In this document: in pieces, positions 1-12,419 of the stretch
Position numbering within the stretch: the first letter of the stretch is position 1
Layout of the letters: the number at the start of each line of letters is the position of its first letter
DNA from: Eledone cirrhosa
Taxonomy: Eukaryota
DNA length: 64,000 bases
Reading direction: 5' to 3'
Assembly: GCA_964016885.1 (NCBI GenBank)
Contig: OZ024741.1
Span: forward strand, 196,912,001 to 196,976,000
Position numbers and translations under genes: made by a program
Notes under the pieces: generated by a model
Databases searched by the model: none
What the model was told of the DNA's origin: nothing
The model's input: the letters and a program-made list of their open reading frames with translations, nothing else

Positions 1-15
1 ATAATAATAATGATT

Positions 16-225
16 TCTAGTATAGGCACAAGGCCAGTAATTTGGAGGGAGGGGACAGTCAATTAAATCGACACCAATACATTACTGGTACTTTATTTTA
101 TCGACCCTGTAAGGATGAAAGGCAAAGTTAACCTTGGCGGGATTTGAACTCAGACCATAAAGGGCCGTAACTCTTTGCTGCAAAGCATGGCGTCTGACCC
201 TCTACCGATACTGCCAATCCACCTC
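16..225 (-). mobile_element. tRNA-derived SINE, long variant
   Basis: Minus strand has A-box-like TGGCAGTATCGG, B-box GAGTTCAAATCCC, core GCCTTTCATCCTTACAGGGTCGATAAAATAAAGTACCAG (resembles the MetaSINE domain from memory) and an (ATT)n tail. Many copies in the window. Confidence 0.85.
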
Positions 226-253
226 CCTTTAATAATAATAATAATAATAATAA

Positions 254-2366
254 CAGGGGAAGTGATCTGGCTTTGGGCCATCGTTACCAAGCAATAGATC
301 CCACACAGAATGTGCAGACAGCTAGACACAAATGGACGAAGGAAGAATACACTACACTGTTTGAATGCCATGAAAAAGCAAAGATGGAAGAAAGTTGTAG
401 CGAAGGACGACTCACTGTGGACTTTTGGATGGGAAAGAGCATGTTTGAGATGTTTGAAATTAAAATAATGAATCGAGTGAGGGTGAGTAGGAGGAGGGGC
501 TGGTTAACTGAAATAAAAATATCTTGGATTAGTGAATGCTTAAAGCAACATGTAGATGAACAACAATGAGAGAGAGAAGCTGAAGCCGTCTCTATGGTTG
601 AAGGCAAAGAGAAAAATGGGCAGCAGGAGCAGAGATAGTGTGATGGAAATGTTAGGGCTGTTGAAGGGGAATGTTATTCATTGAACCCTTGTATGGCTGA
701 AGAGGAGAATGGTGATACAAGAGGAGGGAGTCACTTAGATGGTGAGTCACTTGACTTACGTAGACGGCTTATGGATTTGATGGATGCCCCAGAAGAAAGA
801 ATCCCAATGAATATGAGAAGGGTAGGTAGGAGGATAATAGTTGAAACTACAAAAAAGATAAATGCTGTCATAAAACACATCCAGACAGAAGACTTACCAC
901 AAATTAGGAACCTCATCCGAGCTGTTGCATTACTTGTAGAGGAGTAAATGGAACTGATGAACACTAGACATGGTGGAAAAGATGCATTGAAAATGCCATA
1001 ATGCAGTTAAAGCAAGATCTAAGAAAACTTGAACAATAGTTTAGAGGAAAGTGGGAAAATGGGAAAAAGGCTAGTCGAGAAACACTAAAGAAGACATATA
1101 AAATACAGAAGAGTGAATTCCATACAGTAACAGAACAGCTAAAACAGAGAATTCTCTTGAAAAGCCAGAAGATAAATAGTTCAAGGAGAATAGATTGTTC
1201 CAAAATAATATAAGATAATTTTTCTGCACTTTGGAAGGAAACAATGGGAATGGGAAGGACGCTATTCCTAATGCTGATAAGGCCAAGGAGTTCTGGAATG
1301 GGATATGGGGATACAGTATGAGTCATAGAAAGGATGTCATGTGGATAGACACCATCAAGACAGAAATGTGAGGAGGAAATATGCAAAAAGATATTGCTAT
1401 AAGAATAGTCGATGTGAGTAGCCAGGATACCAAACTGGAAAGACCTTGGATCAGATAGGATCCATGGCTTTTGGTTAAATAGATGCAGTGCAATACATGA
1501 AAGATTGGCAACACAATTGAATGATTATGGCCAGAGAGGTGCAGTCCCAGGGAGAACAACGCTTGTGATAAAAGATAGACGGGGAAATAGAGCCTTGTGC
1601 AAACAGAATGCAAGCGCTACCATAATAAAGTCTCTCTATACTTTTATTGGCGTCTGTGTCATAAATACCAGTTTAAGGTCATAAAGAATTGGTATGAACA
1701 TGTGCCTTGCAAAGTAATGCAGGAGGACGAGAAAGCAACGATATTCTGGGATTATGATTTTAAAACTGATAGAATAATTAAGCATCGCCAACCCGGGCAT
1801 TGTTATGTTGAACAAGAAAGACAAATACTTGTTTCTATTTTAGGCACAAGGCCAGCAATTACCCAGTGCATTACTGGTACTTTATTTTATCGACCCCGTA
1901 AGGATGAAAGGCAAAGTCAACCTCGGCGGGATTTGAACTCAGATCGTAAAGGGACGTAACTATGCTTGAAAGCATGGCGTCCGACCCTCTACCGATACTG
2001 CCAATCCAAGACAAATACTGGCAGATAATCGACGTCGTCATACCAAATGATAAGAATATTGTGAGAAAGGAGATTGAAAAAAAATCACCAAATACCCTGA
2101 ATTGAAAGTGGAGCTGGCAAGACTATTTGGAATGTGAGAGGGTAATGTAAAAGTGATATCAGTTGCGATCGGGGCATTAGGGTCAATCCCATTGGAACTT
2201 CGAGACTTCTTAAAGCGACTGGCAATACCATAAAGGGTGGGTGTCATACAAAAGGTGGCTGTGCTAGGTGCTGTGCACTTTTTGAGCAAAGTATTATTTG
2301 TCTGAGGTCCTTATTGCATCTTGGCAGATGACTTCTGTGCATTATCCATCTGCACTGCGTGACAGA
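254..2366 (+). mobile_element. Decayed Dong/R4-clade non-LTR retrotransposon with restriction-like endonuclease; most of the RT is deleted
   Basis: Fragments KR.HNKV...WYEHVP...IFWDYDFKTDRIIKHR.P.IVMLNKK...IIDVVIPND and VISVAIGALGSIP...IQKVAVLG are typical R4/Dong C-terminal sequence. Many stops and frameshifts; bounded by (TAA)n at 230-253 and about 2367-2378. Confidence 0.8.
1830..2007 (-). mobile_element. Young tRNA-derived SINE (short variant) with 12-bp TSD
   Basis: AAGACAAATACT is duplicated at 1818-1829 and 2008-2019; A and B boxes are present. Confidence 0.92.
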
Positions 2367-2959
2367 TAATAATAATAAAAGCCAATTGTTGTATCCATGG
2401 AAATTCCATGGTTGTTGACAACAAATACATAATTAGATATTTGTACAATCACACAACTTTGTAGAAGTAATTTATTACCTGTGCATGTATAGATGAGAAA
2501 GGAAATTTATTTTGCTTGAACACTTAATAATTAATTGGACTAAAGTATTTGTTAGTTACTAGATGATTGTTAAAAAAATACATTTCAGTTCAATAATAAA
2601 AAAAACACTACTTCTTACAATGATCACAGCCACCTTCATATTTCTACCAAAAATGCTACCACTTTAACAGCTACTGCAGTTCTCACTATGTCTCATATGT
2701 ATGTGTTTGATTATTATGTCTTTAAACAGCATCCCAGTTTATTGTTATCAGATTCCTTCTGATAAATACTCTTTTGCCTCTCTTTTTGTCTTTGCCTCAA
2801 CTGTATAGCATTCTGTAAATAAATGGCCTTCTCTTTATTCTGCCTCTCCCTGTTACCCCTTTGATAAACACTTTTCTTTCTTTTTTTTACTCTTCTTCCA
2901 TACATAAGCATATAATAGTAAAACCAATAATAAGCAGATACATTAAACAATTCTGCAAG

Positions 2960-3110
2960 ATTAATTACAAATACCTTGGTAGGACAATCAACCACTTTTT
3001 GTATATGGGTGACCTGAAGTTGTATGCTGCAGAAGACAAACAACTATGGACAATACAAGGACTTACTGGAGAAATTGATATGAGATTTGGATTATAAAAT
3101 CATGCAGTAA
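2960..3110 (+). mobile_element. Dong/R4-like RT fragment
   Basis: INHFLYMGDLKLYA...DMRFGL resembles the INHLLYMDDLKLYA...IGMEFGL RT motif. Confidence 0.6.
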
Positions 3111-6058
3111 CATTACACATCTAGTGTACATAAATGGCAGAGCATGAATGAAGTGAGAGAAATACTGGATATAGAAAGGAATCAGATGTAATGAACAAGA
3201 ATGAACACTGTGTTGCTACAGTCATATGATGCATAAGGAGGATGATAGTTATATATACATATTCACTCAAAGTGGATAGAACATGTGGAAAAAGGTGACC
3301 CTAGAAGACACAAGATGAATTGGTGCTGACTTATCTCAGGATGCTGAGCCTCATAAAGGAAATGATGAAGGATCACAATATTTAGCAACAACAGATGCAG
3401 GAGAAGACTTAACTACCTGTATAAGAATGGTGAAATGAACATTAAAATGGCTGGGAGGAATAATGTATGTGTATTTGAGTCTCAATAAGTTCTTGTTAGT
3501 TCCTACTGTTGTATCTCCATATCTATGACACCTCTTCATATCTATCATTCCCCTTCTCTCTATATGAAGTAAGACATCAATGTTTTTTTCCTTTGAGTTG
3601 ATGTCACCTGACCTCTCACCTCAACCACCAATTTCCACAAAGATATTCTCCCCTTGCCATCTCTCTCCCTGGCCGAATCTTTCTTATTCCTCCTGATTAA
3701 AGGATGAAAAAAAAAAATGAAACCTGGTATCATGGTAGTTTGTTGTCTATACAGTTATACCTCAAAATAATATCTGAAGATTATTTTAAAATGTAATGGT
3801 ATATAATCTATTAAATAAAATTAAAAGTCAACCAGAAAAATGTATACAGTATAGTAAAAAACAAAAAAAAACAAACAAACAAAAGAAACAAACAAAAGAA
3901 ATGAATGAAAATAGCTGCTGTAGTGCTATAGGTACGACCGGATGGAGTTGAAGAGACACCGTCCAGACACACTGTGTATCTTGGCCATTTTAAACCTGGC
4001 GGAGCTCTTACTTCTCCAGGTTGTAATACAGCCAATTTCTTCCTAAGAGAGAAAGAGAAGATCTGACTCAGTACTGGGCTGGTACTTTATTGACCTTAAA
4101 AGGATGAAAGACAAAATTTACCTTAGTGAGATTTGAACTCAGAGCACTGTGAACTGGAATATTTGACACCCAATTCACCACTTATGTAGTACTATAAGAA
4201 TACAGAGTACACTAACATGGCTTCACTTATAACACACAGTATACACTAATCAACAATTATGTTACTGTTACTATTTTACTAAGTGCAAAAGTAACATAGG
4301 CATTCTAACATTATTAGGGTTAAGTTTTCAGATTCAATTTAGAGAGTGAAAATAAGGTGTCAGGATTTATGATTAAGATCTTTTACTGATAAACACACAC
4401 AGGTACACACATGCAATCTATGTATACATTGTAGAGATAATTTGTGATAGTAGCTGAAATATGAAACTATCAATTTAAAAGATAGCCATACATCTAAATG
4501 TGCATTAGTACAATACCATAAAGTATGACAATAAGGTTGAGAAATAAAATTTTCAGATAAGGGTTCACATCTTAGGATTATTTTAAGAGTGAAATTATGT
4601 ATGTGATTTATAAAGACATAATAGTTAATGAGTCATCAAAAGGAGGAGGGGCATTATGATGAAATATAAGAAATATGTAATTGAAAAAATGTTACACAAA
4701 GAATTTAGTGCCATGAGAAATTCAATGGGAATATTTCCATATATATAATAAAAACATAAGGGAACACTCTAGTGGTGAGAGTGATACAGAAGGCCAAGGA
4801 GAGGAATAAAAACTGAAGTGTAGACAATACTAACAATACTGGCTTTTTATAGTTCTAATATTGGCAGAAAATAAATACTCCTCGTAGTCAGCACCAACAT
4901 TAAAATGGGGTTTATAAGCCATTGAGGGAGCCTATATATAGCTTAACCACCTAGAAATTGCAGCCAAAGCCCTTTCAAATCAGACCATACCGCCTTAAAT
5001 AAGGAAAGGATACATAATGAGGTAGTCCTATATACTTCTAAAAATGCCAAAATGGTAATGATTGAAATGCCAGGTCTACTGGATTAATCTGGATCTAAAC
5101 AAAAAGAACAACAAATGGTGGTCATGATTATAATTGAATCCTTTTTCCTTTCTCATCTCTTCCTTCTTTTTCTCCTTTTACTTTCTTTTTTAAATCCTTA
5201 CATAAAATCAACTCCATTGCACACACTTCATAAGGACCCCCCCCCCCTCTTAAATTTGTTCCCTATAAATACAACCTCCATTTCAAAAGAATTCGGTCTG
5301 AGTATTTACACCAGAGATGAAACAATTATCCAGTATGCATGTGAATGCGGAAGGGTACGTGAGCATGTGCATGCAAGTGTGTGTGTGTGCACAATGCTTA
5401 CTAAATTTTAGAAGATATACAAGTGTGCATAATAGTTTTAAGTATCAAAAGTATTTTGCTAAAGTTTAGGCAAACAATGTCTAGAAAAGTAATTTGAAAT
5501 GTCAGGTAAATGATTTTAGTGTATATTTTATGCATTAAGGAAAACAGAACTGAAAAAACAGAAAACTAGAAAACGACTGAGGGAAATGTTAAGATATGTT
5601 AGTGGTAGTTTATTTGATGAATTGACAGCACTGATATTAAATATGTGATGTACAGGTGGGAAGAAATGTGAAAAGAGTAAGAGAAGAATATTGGTTGTGA
5701 AAATGATGAATAAAACAGAAATTAAGGCATTTGAACCCTAATGTATGTTTGAAGTCATAAATTCATCAATATTTGCATTTTGAAAAGCTTAATTTAGAAA
5801 ATTATACAACAATTTCAAAAGAGTACCAGAAATATCTGTGCACTCCTTATTACAACCACCAAGCAAAGACAGGAGGGACGTGGCTAGAATATTTTTGCAC
5901 TTAGGTCTGCTCAAATAAAGCTGACCTGGGGCTCACTGCTAAATCCACTACTTTCTTGCTGCTTCATTGTGTAATTTGAATGTTTCTGTTAGATAATTCT
6001 AATTACTTGAAATAAAAAAATAAATGTATAGCTATCATGTTACAAAATCAACAGTGTC

Positions 6059-6106
<48 letters not shown>

Positions 6107-6444
6107 CATACACATATAAATCAATAGATTGCATGAACTAGTTTAAAGTTACAGGATATAATTTCAACATTTCAACAAGACCAATCTAGAATAATAAATA
6201 TTAGTAATGTCAATGTAGATTCATTGGATAAGTATCACAGAAATCAATATCATTGTAAAGTAAATTTCTAGGACACTTGTTCCAAATGAACCCAGTAGAC
6301 AGGATGACATTCAAACAGAAAAATTAGATATTCTCCTGTGTATACTGTTTGATTAAATCGCTTTGAACTATTGTCCAAATATGCCATTATGTTATTTCAG
6401 CTGTTGTCAATTATCAATAACAGAATTATTGAGATTTCAATTTT

Positions 6445-6676
6445 AACCTTTTGATACCAACCAGCCTGAAACTTCCCCCTGGTTATGTAATACTAAGCAG
6501 TTTGTTTTAAAGTGTTTATATTTATCTAAAAATCATTATAATTTTATGTAAGAAGCTTTGTCAAGTTATGTTTCAAACACAATGAGAAAGTTATTACTAA
6601 ATTCCAACAAATTCTTGGTTATTAAAATGAGATGCATATAGGTCTTTCATTAGAAATATGGTAACAAAAGGGTTAA
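6445..6676. mobile_element. TTAA-flanked non-autonomous DNA element (MITE family A, piggyBac-like ends)
   Basis: ttaaCCTTTTGATACC ... GGTAACAAAAGGGttaa inverted ends. Related copies at about 14951-15947 (split), 17826-18072, 28689-31285 (split), 52940-53148, 57290-57742 and 58089-58330. Confidence 0.6.
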
Positions 6677-6982
6677 ACAGAGAATAGGTGATTGCCAAAG
6701 AGGAATATAAAAAATAAAAACCCTAGAAAAAATATACACCCTAAAATTTTATACTGAAATGGGGTGATTTGCAAGTTATTCAAATTTTATTCTACTAAAA
6801 AATAACAGCAAAATTAAGAGCAGCAATGGAAATCTTTTAATATTTAAGAGTTCTTTCTATGTAATGTTAGCCATTTCTAAAATTCAAACTAGAAAACAAC
6901 CTTTAACATCTTAGTTTCAAAACATTGCGAACTACAGGAATTCAATGATGGTATTTTTCCCATATATATATATATATATATA

Positions 6983-9900
6983 ACCTAAATGGTCACGTTG
7001 GACAACATTGTGACGGCTACGACGAAATCCATGGAGGCTATGGGTTTGGTACTAGAAATGAGGAAGGCTCCAGAATCCTGGAATTCTGTGATGCAAATAA
7101 CCTAACTATCTGTAACACTAACTTCAAAAAACGTGACAATCACCTGATCACCTATAGATCCGGGGAACACACAAGCCAGGTAGATTATATCCTTACCAGA
7201 AGACGTGACAGAGTGTCTGTTGTTAACACTAAATCCCTCCCCCATGAAGAATGCACCTCCCAACATAGACTGATAATTAGCGACCTCATAGTCAGGACGA
7301 GACGTACTCGACAACAGAAGAGGACTATCCTCAGGAGGAAAATATGGAAGTTAAAGGACCCCACAGCCAGGAATAAATTCCAAAGCATATTACTTGATGC
7401 TTTCGACAGTAAGGAAGAACATTTAGAGTCGGACAATATAGAGGGAGAGTGGGAATTTCTGAAAGCAAACCTGCTGTTGGCGACAGACGAGGTCTGTGGC
7501 TGGAGCAGGCCTGTAGGCAGGAGGAGAGTAACATGGTGGTGGAACAGTAAGGTGGAGGGGTCAATTGAGGCCAAAAAGCAGGCTTGGAAAGTATGGCGGG
7601 ATGGGGGAAGTAGAGAGGACTATCAAGTGGCCAGGAGGGAAGCTAGGAGACAAGTGTACTTAGCAAGAAGGGAAGCTGAGGAAAGAAAGTTCAAGCATGT
7701 TCTACAACGCGATGACCAAAAACGTGAGGTGTTCAGGATTGCTAGGCAATGCGTCAAGGAAAACCGTGATATTGTCGGGGAGAAGTGTGTACTAAACGAC
7801 GATGGCACACTTGCCATCACCGACGCTGATAAGAAGGTAGCTTGGAAGTGTCACTATGAAAGGCTTCTAAATGAGGAGAATAATTGGGAGAAAGGCAGTC
7901 TCCCCCATATCGACCCAATAGAGGGACCAGCAGTGTTAGTCGAGGGGAGTATAATAAGTAAGGCAATCAAGGATATGAAGACTGGTAAGGCGGCTGGGCC
8001 TTCGGAAATAGTTGCTGAGATGCTGAAGGCATCTGGCACGGTGGGACACACCATGGTCACCCGCATAGTTAACCAAGTCGTACAAAACGGGGTTGTTCCG
8101 AAGGACTGGCATAGCAGCATCATCGTTAACTGTTATAAGGGTAAAGGAGACGCCCTAGATAGGAGTAACTATAGAGGCATTAAATTAATCGACCAGGTCA
8201 TGAAGGTCACGGAAAGAGTAATAGCGCAGCTAATCAGAGAGAGAATTGACCTAGATGAAATGCAGTTCGGGTTTGTGTCAGGCAAAAGTACCACAGACGC
8301 TCTTTTCATAGTACGACAACTACAAGAGAAGTACCTAGCTAAAGGTAAACCCCTCTACTTAGCTTTTGTCGACTTGGAGAAAGCCTTCGACAGAGTCCCC
8401 CGCTCCATTATCTGGTGGGCTCTTAGAAAACTAGGCGTTGACGAATGGCTTGTGAGGGCTATACAAGCCATGTATAAAGAAACAGTCAGCAAGGTTAGAA
8501 TTAACAACGAATATAGTGAAGAGTTTAGCGTAAAAGTCGGCGTCCATCAGGGCTCTGTTCTCAGTCCACTACTATTTATTATTGCCCTTCAGGCCATAAC
8601 AGAGGAGTTCAAGACAGGCTGCCCATGGGAACTCCTATACGCAGACGACCTGACACTCATAGCGGAATCAATGGCCGAGCTAGAGAAGAAATTCCAAACA
8701 TGGAAGCACGGCCTAGAGTCAAAAGGACTTAAAATTAACCTGGCTAAGACCAAAGTACTAGTTTGTAGGAAAGAAAACAAGGCGGCGGTCCCTTCTGGGA
8801 AATGGTCGTGCTCGGTGTGTAGGAAAGGCGTAGGTAGAAACTCCATTTTATGTCCTAAATGCAAAGTATGGGTGCATAAAAGATGTAGTGGGATCACAGG
8901 TAGGCTAACTAAGAACATAGATTTTACATGTGGCCGGTGCTCTGGTGCAATAAGTAGCAGCAAGTGCCCACAAACTACTAGCTCTTTCAATTGCGCAGAG
9001 GGTTCTATAGAAATAGTGGACAGCTTCCGTTACCTGGGCGATAAAATCAGCGGTGGGGGAGGGTGCTCTGAAAGTACTGTAGCTAGAGTCAGAACTGGTT
9101 GGAAAAAGTTCAGAGAGCTTATACCACTATTAGCTGCTAAAGGGTTCTCACTAAAAATGAAAGGCAGGTTGTACGATGCCTGCATACGAACAGCAATGCT
9201 GCATGGCAGTGAGACCTGGGCATTGTGTGCAGAGGATATACGCAGACTAGAGAGGAACGAAGCTTGCATGCTCCGCTGGATGTGTAACAGTAATATACGT
9301 GAACGGCAAAGCATAAACGAACTAAGGAATAAATTAGAGATAAGAGGGATCAGATGTTGTTTACTCGAGAGAAGGCTACGTTGGTATGGACACGTGATGC
9401 GCATGAAAGTCGATAGCTGTATAACAAAGTGCAGGGCAATAAAGATAGACGGTAGTCACGGAATAGGCAGACCTAGAAAAACCTGGGACGAGCTGATAAA
9501 CTCCGACATCACACACTTACACCTCTCCAAGACAATGTCACTGGACCGAGACCTTTGGCGGTACTCAGTAACAGAGAAGACCCGCCTTACCTAAATATAT
9601 AGTAAAACCTACTCCAGCCAGTAGGCATCTCTAACAAATACACCCCGTCCCACCACCCCCACCCGATCCACACCACCCCGTTCTATGTAAAGTTATGTTG
9701 GTGCCACGCCATCGAGGCCGAAACAAATGAGATCGTGTAGGTGTCACGACAAAAAAACACACAGTCCACGCTGTAATGTGGCCGTGTAGGCAACACGGTA
9801 AAAACCTCCCAGACCCACACTGTAAATGTGGTTGGTGTTAGGAAGGGCATCCAACTGTAGAAAACCTGCCAGACAGTCCTATGCGAGCAAGACAATCACT

Positions 9901-9991
9901 CTTGCCTCAAGTGGGACTACCCCCGTCCAAACCCATGCAAGCGTGGAACACGGACGTTAAACGCTGATGATGATGATGATGATGATGATGA
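6983..9991 (+). mobile_element. Young 5'-truncated RTE-clade LINE
   Basis: Uninterrupted ORF, about 400-nt 3' UTR containing GTGGTTGGTGTTAGGAAGGGCATCC, and a (TGA)n tail at 9965-9991. Inserted into a (TA)n tract (6962-6982 and 9991-10001); much higher GC than the flanks. Confidence 0.95.
6985..9594 (+). CDS. RTE ORF remnant: partial APE endonuclease, reverse transcriptase and embedded PHD finger
   Basis: The frame is open from 6985 (LNGHVG...NEEGSRILEFC...SQVDYIL...SQHRLI) through RT motifs FVDLEKAFD, GVHQGSVLSP, YADD and C-terminal RLRWYGHVMR/GRPRKTW. No native start; the 5' end is truncated. Confidence 0.93.
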   Translation, partial: LNGHVGQHCDGYDEIHGGYGFGTRNEEGSRILEFCDANNLTICNTNFKKRDNHLITYRSGEHTSQVDYILTRRRDRVSVVNTKSLPHEECTSQHRLIISDLIVRTRRTRQQKRTILRRKIWKLKDPTARNKFQSILLDAFDSKEEHLESDNIEGEWEFLKANLLLATDEVCGWSRPVGRRRVTWWWNSKVEGSIEAKKQAWKVWRDGGSREDYQVARREARRQVYLARREAEERKFKHVLQRDDQKREVFRIARQCVKENRDIVGEKCVLNDDGTLAITDADKKVAWKCHYERLLNEENNWEKGSLPHIDPIEGPAVLVEGSIISKAIKDMKTGKAAGPSEIVAEMLKASGTVGHTMVTRIVNQVVQNGVVPKDWHSSIIVNCYKGKGDALDRSNYRGIKLIDQVMKVTERVIAQLIRERIDLDEMQFGFVSGKSTTDALFIVRQLQEKYLAKGKPLYLAFVDLEKAFDRVPRSIIWWALRKLGVDEWLVRAIQAMYKETVSKVRINNEYSEEFSVKVGVHQGSVLSPLLFIIALQAITEEFKTGCPWELLYADDLTLIAESMAELEKKFQTWKHGLESKGLKINLAKTKVLVCRKENKAAVPSGKWSCSVCRKGVGRNSILCPKCKVWVHKRCSGITGRLTKNIDFTCGRCSGAISSSKCPQTTSSFNCAEGSIEIVDSFRYLGDKISGGGGCSESTVARVRTGWKKFRELIPLLAAKGFSLKMKGRLYDACIRTAMLHGSETWALCAEDIRRLERNEACMLRWMCNSNIRERQSINELRNKLEIRGIRCCLLERRLRWYGHVMRMKVDSCITKCRAIKIDGSHGIGRPRKTWDELINSDITHLHLSKTMSLDRDLWRYSVTEKTRLT

Positions 9992-10071
9992 TATATATAT
10001 AGGTAGAACACTGGAAGGTAATATCCGTAGTGGTAGAGCACTCAGTCCATGGGATGAGTTAGGTAGAAGTT

Positions 10072-10208
10072 CAGTTAGTTAGCTATACCGAGAACAATTG
10101 TTTCACCTTAGTGGATCCTCAGCTCGTAATGGTCATGGTTATAATGACCATTACGAGCTGAGGATCCGCTAAGTTGAAACAATTGTTCTCGGTATGGTGA
10201 ACTAACTG
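10072..10208. repeat. Near-perfect fold-back (about 65-bp arms) with a hammerhead-like motif in each arm
   Basis: cagttagtt...ctcgtaatggtcat / atgaccattacgag...aactaactg are reverse complements with few mismatches. Confidence 0.85.
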
Positions 10209-11100
10209 TTGTGTTACCACTTCTATACAAATATATATCTTACAGCCTCTCTTCGTCTCTGTGACTGTCTTCACATTTACACTGTTTAACCCTTTTGGCG
10301 CTGCGGCGACTGAATGCGCCAATAGAGTAATCTCCTATTAATACATAATGCAGTATCAAGGGAAGCAATTTATAAAAACTTCAGCCTCCAGAAGATTAAA
10401 CAAACAGTGCCATTATATAGCCCCTCTGCTTAGTGGTTCAATGTGTGAAGATCAATAGAATAAGTACCATACTATAAAATAATGTTTAGCATCAGAAAAG
10501 GAATTTAGCTTAAAAGCACTCATTCAATCTATACTAGCATGAAAAAATCAGACAAAAAGATTGCTGGTTGAGAACTTTGGTTTGAAACCAAGCGGTATAA
10601 GGGTCTGTTACAGCCTCAGGCCAGGGCAGTGGATTGGCAGTATCATTTGAGTATCAGATCAAATGCTGTGTGGTATTTACATACCATTCATTACATTCTG
10701 AGTTCAAATCATACTAAAGTCAATTTCACTTTTCATCCTTCCAAGGTCGAGAAAATAAAGTACCAGTCATGTACTGGAATTGATATAATCGACTTCCCTC
10801 CCCATAAATTATTATCCTTGGGCCTAAATAACCTTGAGCCAACAAATGTTGTGTGAGTGGATTTGGGAGAGAGAAACTATCTCTTTGTATGCTTCTTTGT
10901 CTTTCTTCTTCTGTTCACATCTGTTAACATTCTATATAAACAGGGGAACAACTGCTCAGTGGCTAGGTATGCCAAGTTCCCTATTGTATTTAGAAAAACA
11001 AGTGGGAGTTGACATAAAAAAAGTATACATCCAAGTAGTTTTTGTCCAGATGTAGTTATGTCCAACTTGTGCCAACATGGAACAATGGACTTAATGATTT

Positions 11101-11132
<32 letters not shown>

Positions 11133-11163
11133 TACATACATACAAATATATATATATATATAT

Positions 11164-11517
11164 AGGCGATAAAAGCTGATCTTGCCCAATTGCAACTCTC
11201 AAAGGTGATGACAAGACTGAGACCTCTGGCGTTACGCAGTAATACAGAAGATCTGACTTCCCCCGGGTACAAGCCAAAGCTGAAGCATATAGACAGTATG
11301 CCCCCACTGTAAAGTGGTCGTGTAGGCGCCACGGTAAAAAGCACCCAGCACTCACTGTAAATGAGGTTGGTGTTAGGAAGGGCATCCAGCTGTAGAAATC
11401 AAGCCCAAATCACTTCTGTATGAGCAAGACATGGTTACCTGACCTGGCATTGCCCACAAGGACAATCCATCTAACCCATGCTGGCATGGAAGAATGGACG
11501 TAAAACGGTGATGATGA
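11164..11517 (+). mobile_element. RTE 3'-end fragment
   Basis: Similar to 9490-9990 (ORF end, GGTTGGTGTTAGGAAGGGCATCCAGCTGTAGAAA, GATGATGAT tail); flanked by TA/CA microsatellites. Confidence 0.8.
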
Positions 11518-11626
11518 TACGCACACACACACACACACACACACATGTATATATAGTTTCTAATTTAGGGACAGGGGATCATCGATTAAATCTATCCCAA
11601 TGCTTAACTGGCACTTATTTTATCAA

Positions 11627-11667
<41 letters not shown>

Positions 11668-11942
11668 CCACACACATCCATCAGTAATGAGTAAAACTCA
11701 GTTGTTCAAATAATGGAACAGCCTGCTCATGCCAGACATGAATTTCCTTAATATAGTTTAAACATGACACACAACCCATTTTTACCATTCAATTACTGAC
11801 AGTAATTGAATTCACAACCTTATAATCATGAGCGAAACACTAATGACTAAGCCACATGCCTTCACCCACACACAATATATATATATATATTATATATAAA
11901 TGTAATCTGAGTTTTTCAAATATTAATAACATTCGATTCGTT

Positions 11943-11977
<35 letters not shown>

Positions 11978-12278
11978 ACACATATACATATATTTACATA
12001 AAAATATAAATACACACGTGTGTGTGAGTGTGTGTGTGTATCTGTGTGTGTGAGTGTGTGTGTGTATGGATACATAAATATATAAATCTAAATAATCTTT
12101 ACTAAGAATAGTTTATTTAGAAATCTATAAAAAGCTATAGTTCTCTATAATTGAATACCTAGGTGCAAGTAAGAGATAATGTTATAGTAATTATATGCCA
12201 ACTAATCTTAATCCATCACTTTCACAGACAATAATTGCTTCTACTGTTTACTCCTTTACAAAGCAATGTGGTACCTAC

Positions 12279-12419
12279 TTGATGAAAGCTGCAGAGTGTT
12301 TGCGTATGGACTTTATAACCATGTGATCCAGTTTAGTTGATGTATTCAGATGAGAGTCAGAAGCATAGGATTTTAGACAGTTTTGGATGGAAGAAGATTG
12401 TTCTCTGGAGAACCTGTTT
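12279..12419 (-). CDS. EML: EML candidate 141-nt exon
   Basis: cctcactacag|AAACAGG...TTCATCAA|gtaggt. Phase 2-2 with 46 open codons (NRFSREQSSSIQNCLKSYASDSHLNTSTKLDHMVIKSIRKHSAAFI). Unique sequence, more GC-balanced than the AT-rich flanks. Confidence 0.55.

Noticed and set aside
2450-2510. Minus-strand polypyrimidine-cag|gtaata, a possible recursive splice site
   Set aside because: A single motif that is common by chance in AT-rich introns; would need nascent RNA data.
7102-9404. Antisense ORFs overlapping the RTE ORF
   Set aside because: Shadow frames of a higher-GC coding sequence, with no recognisable motifs.
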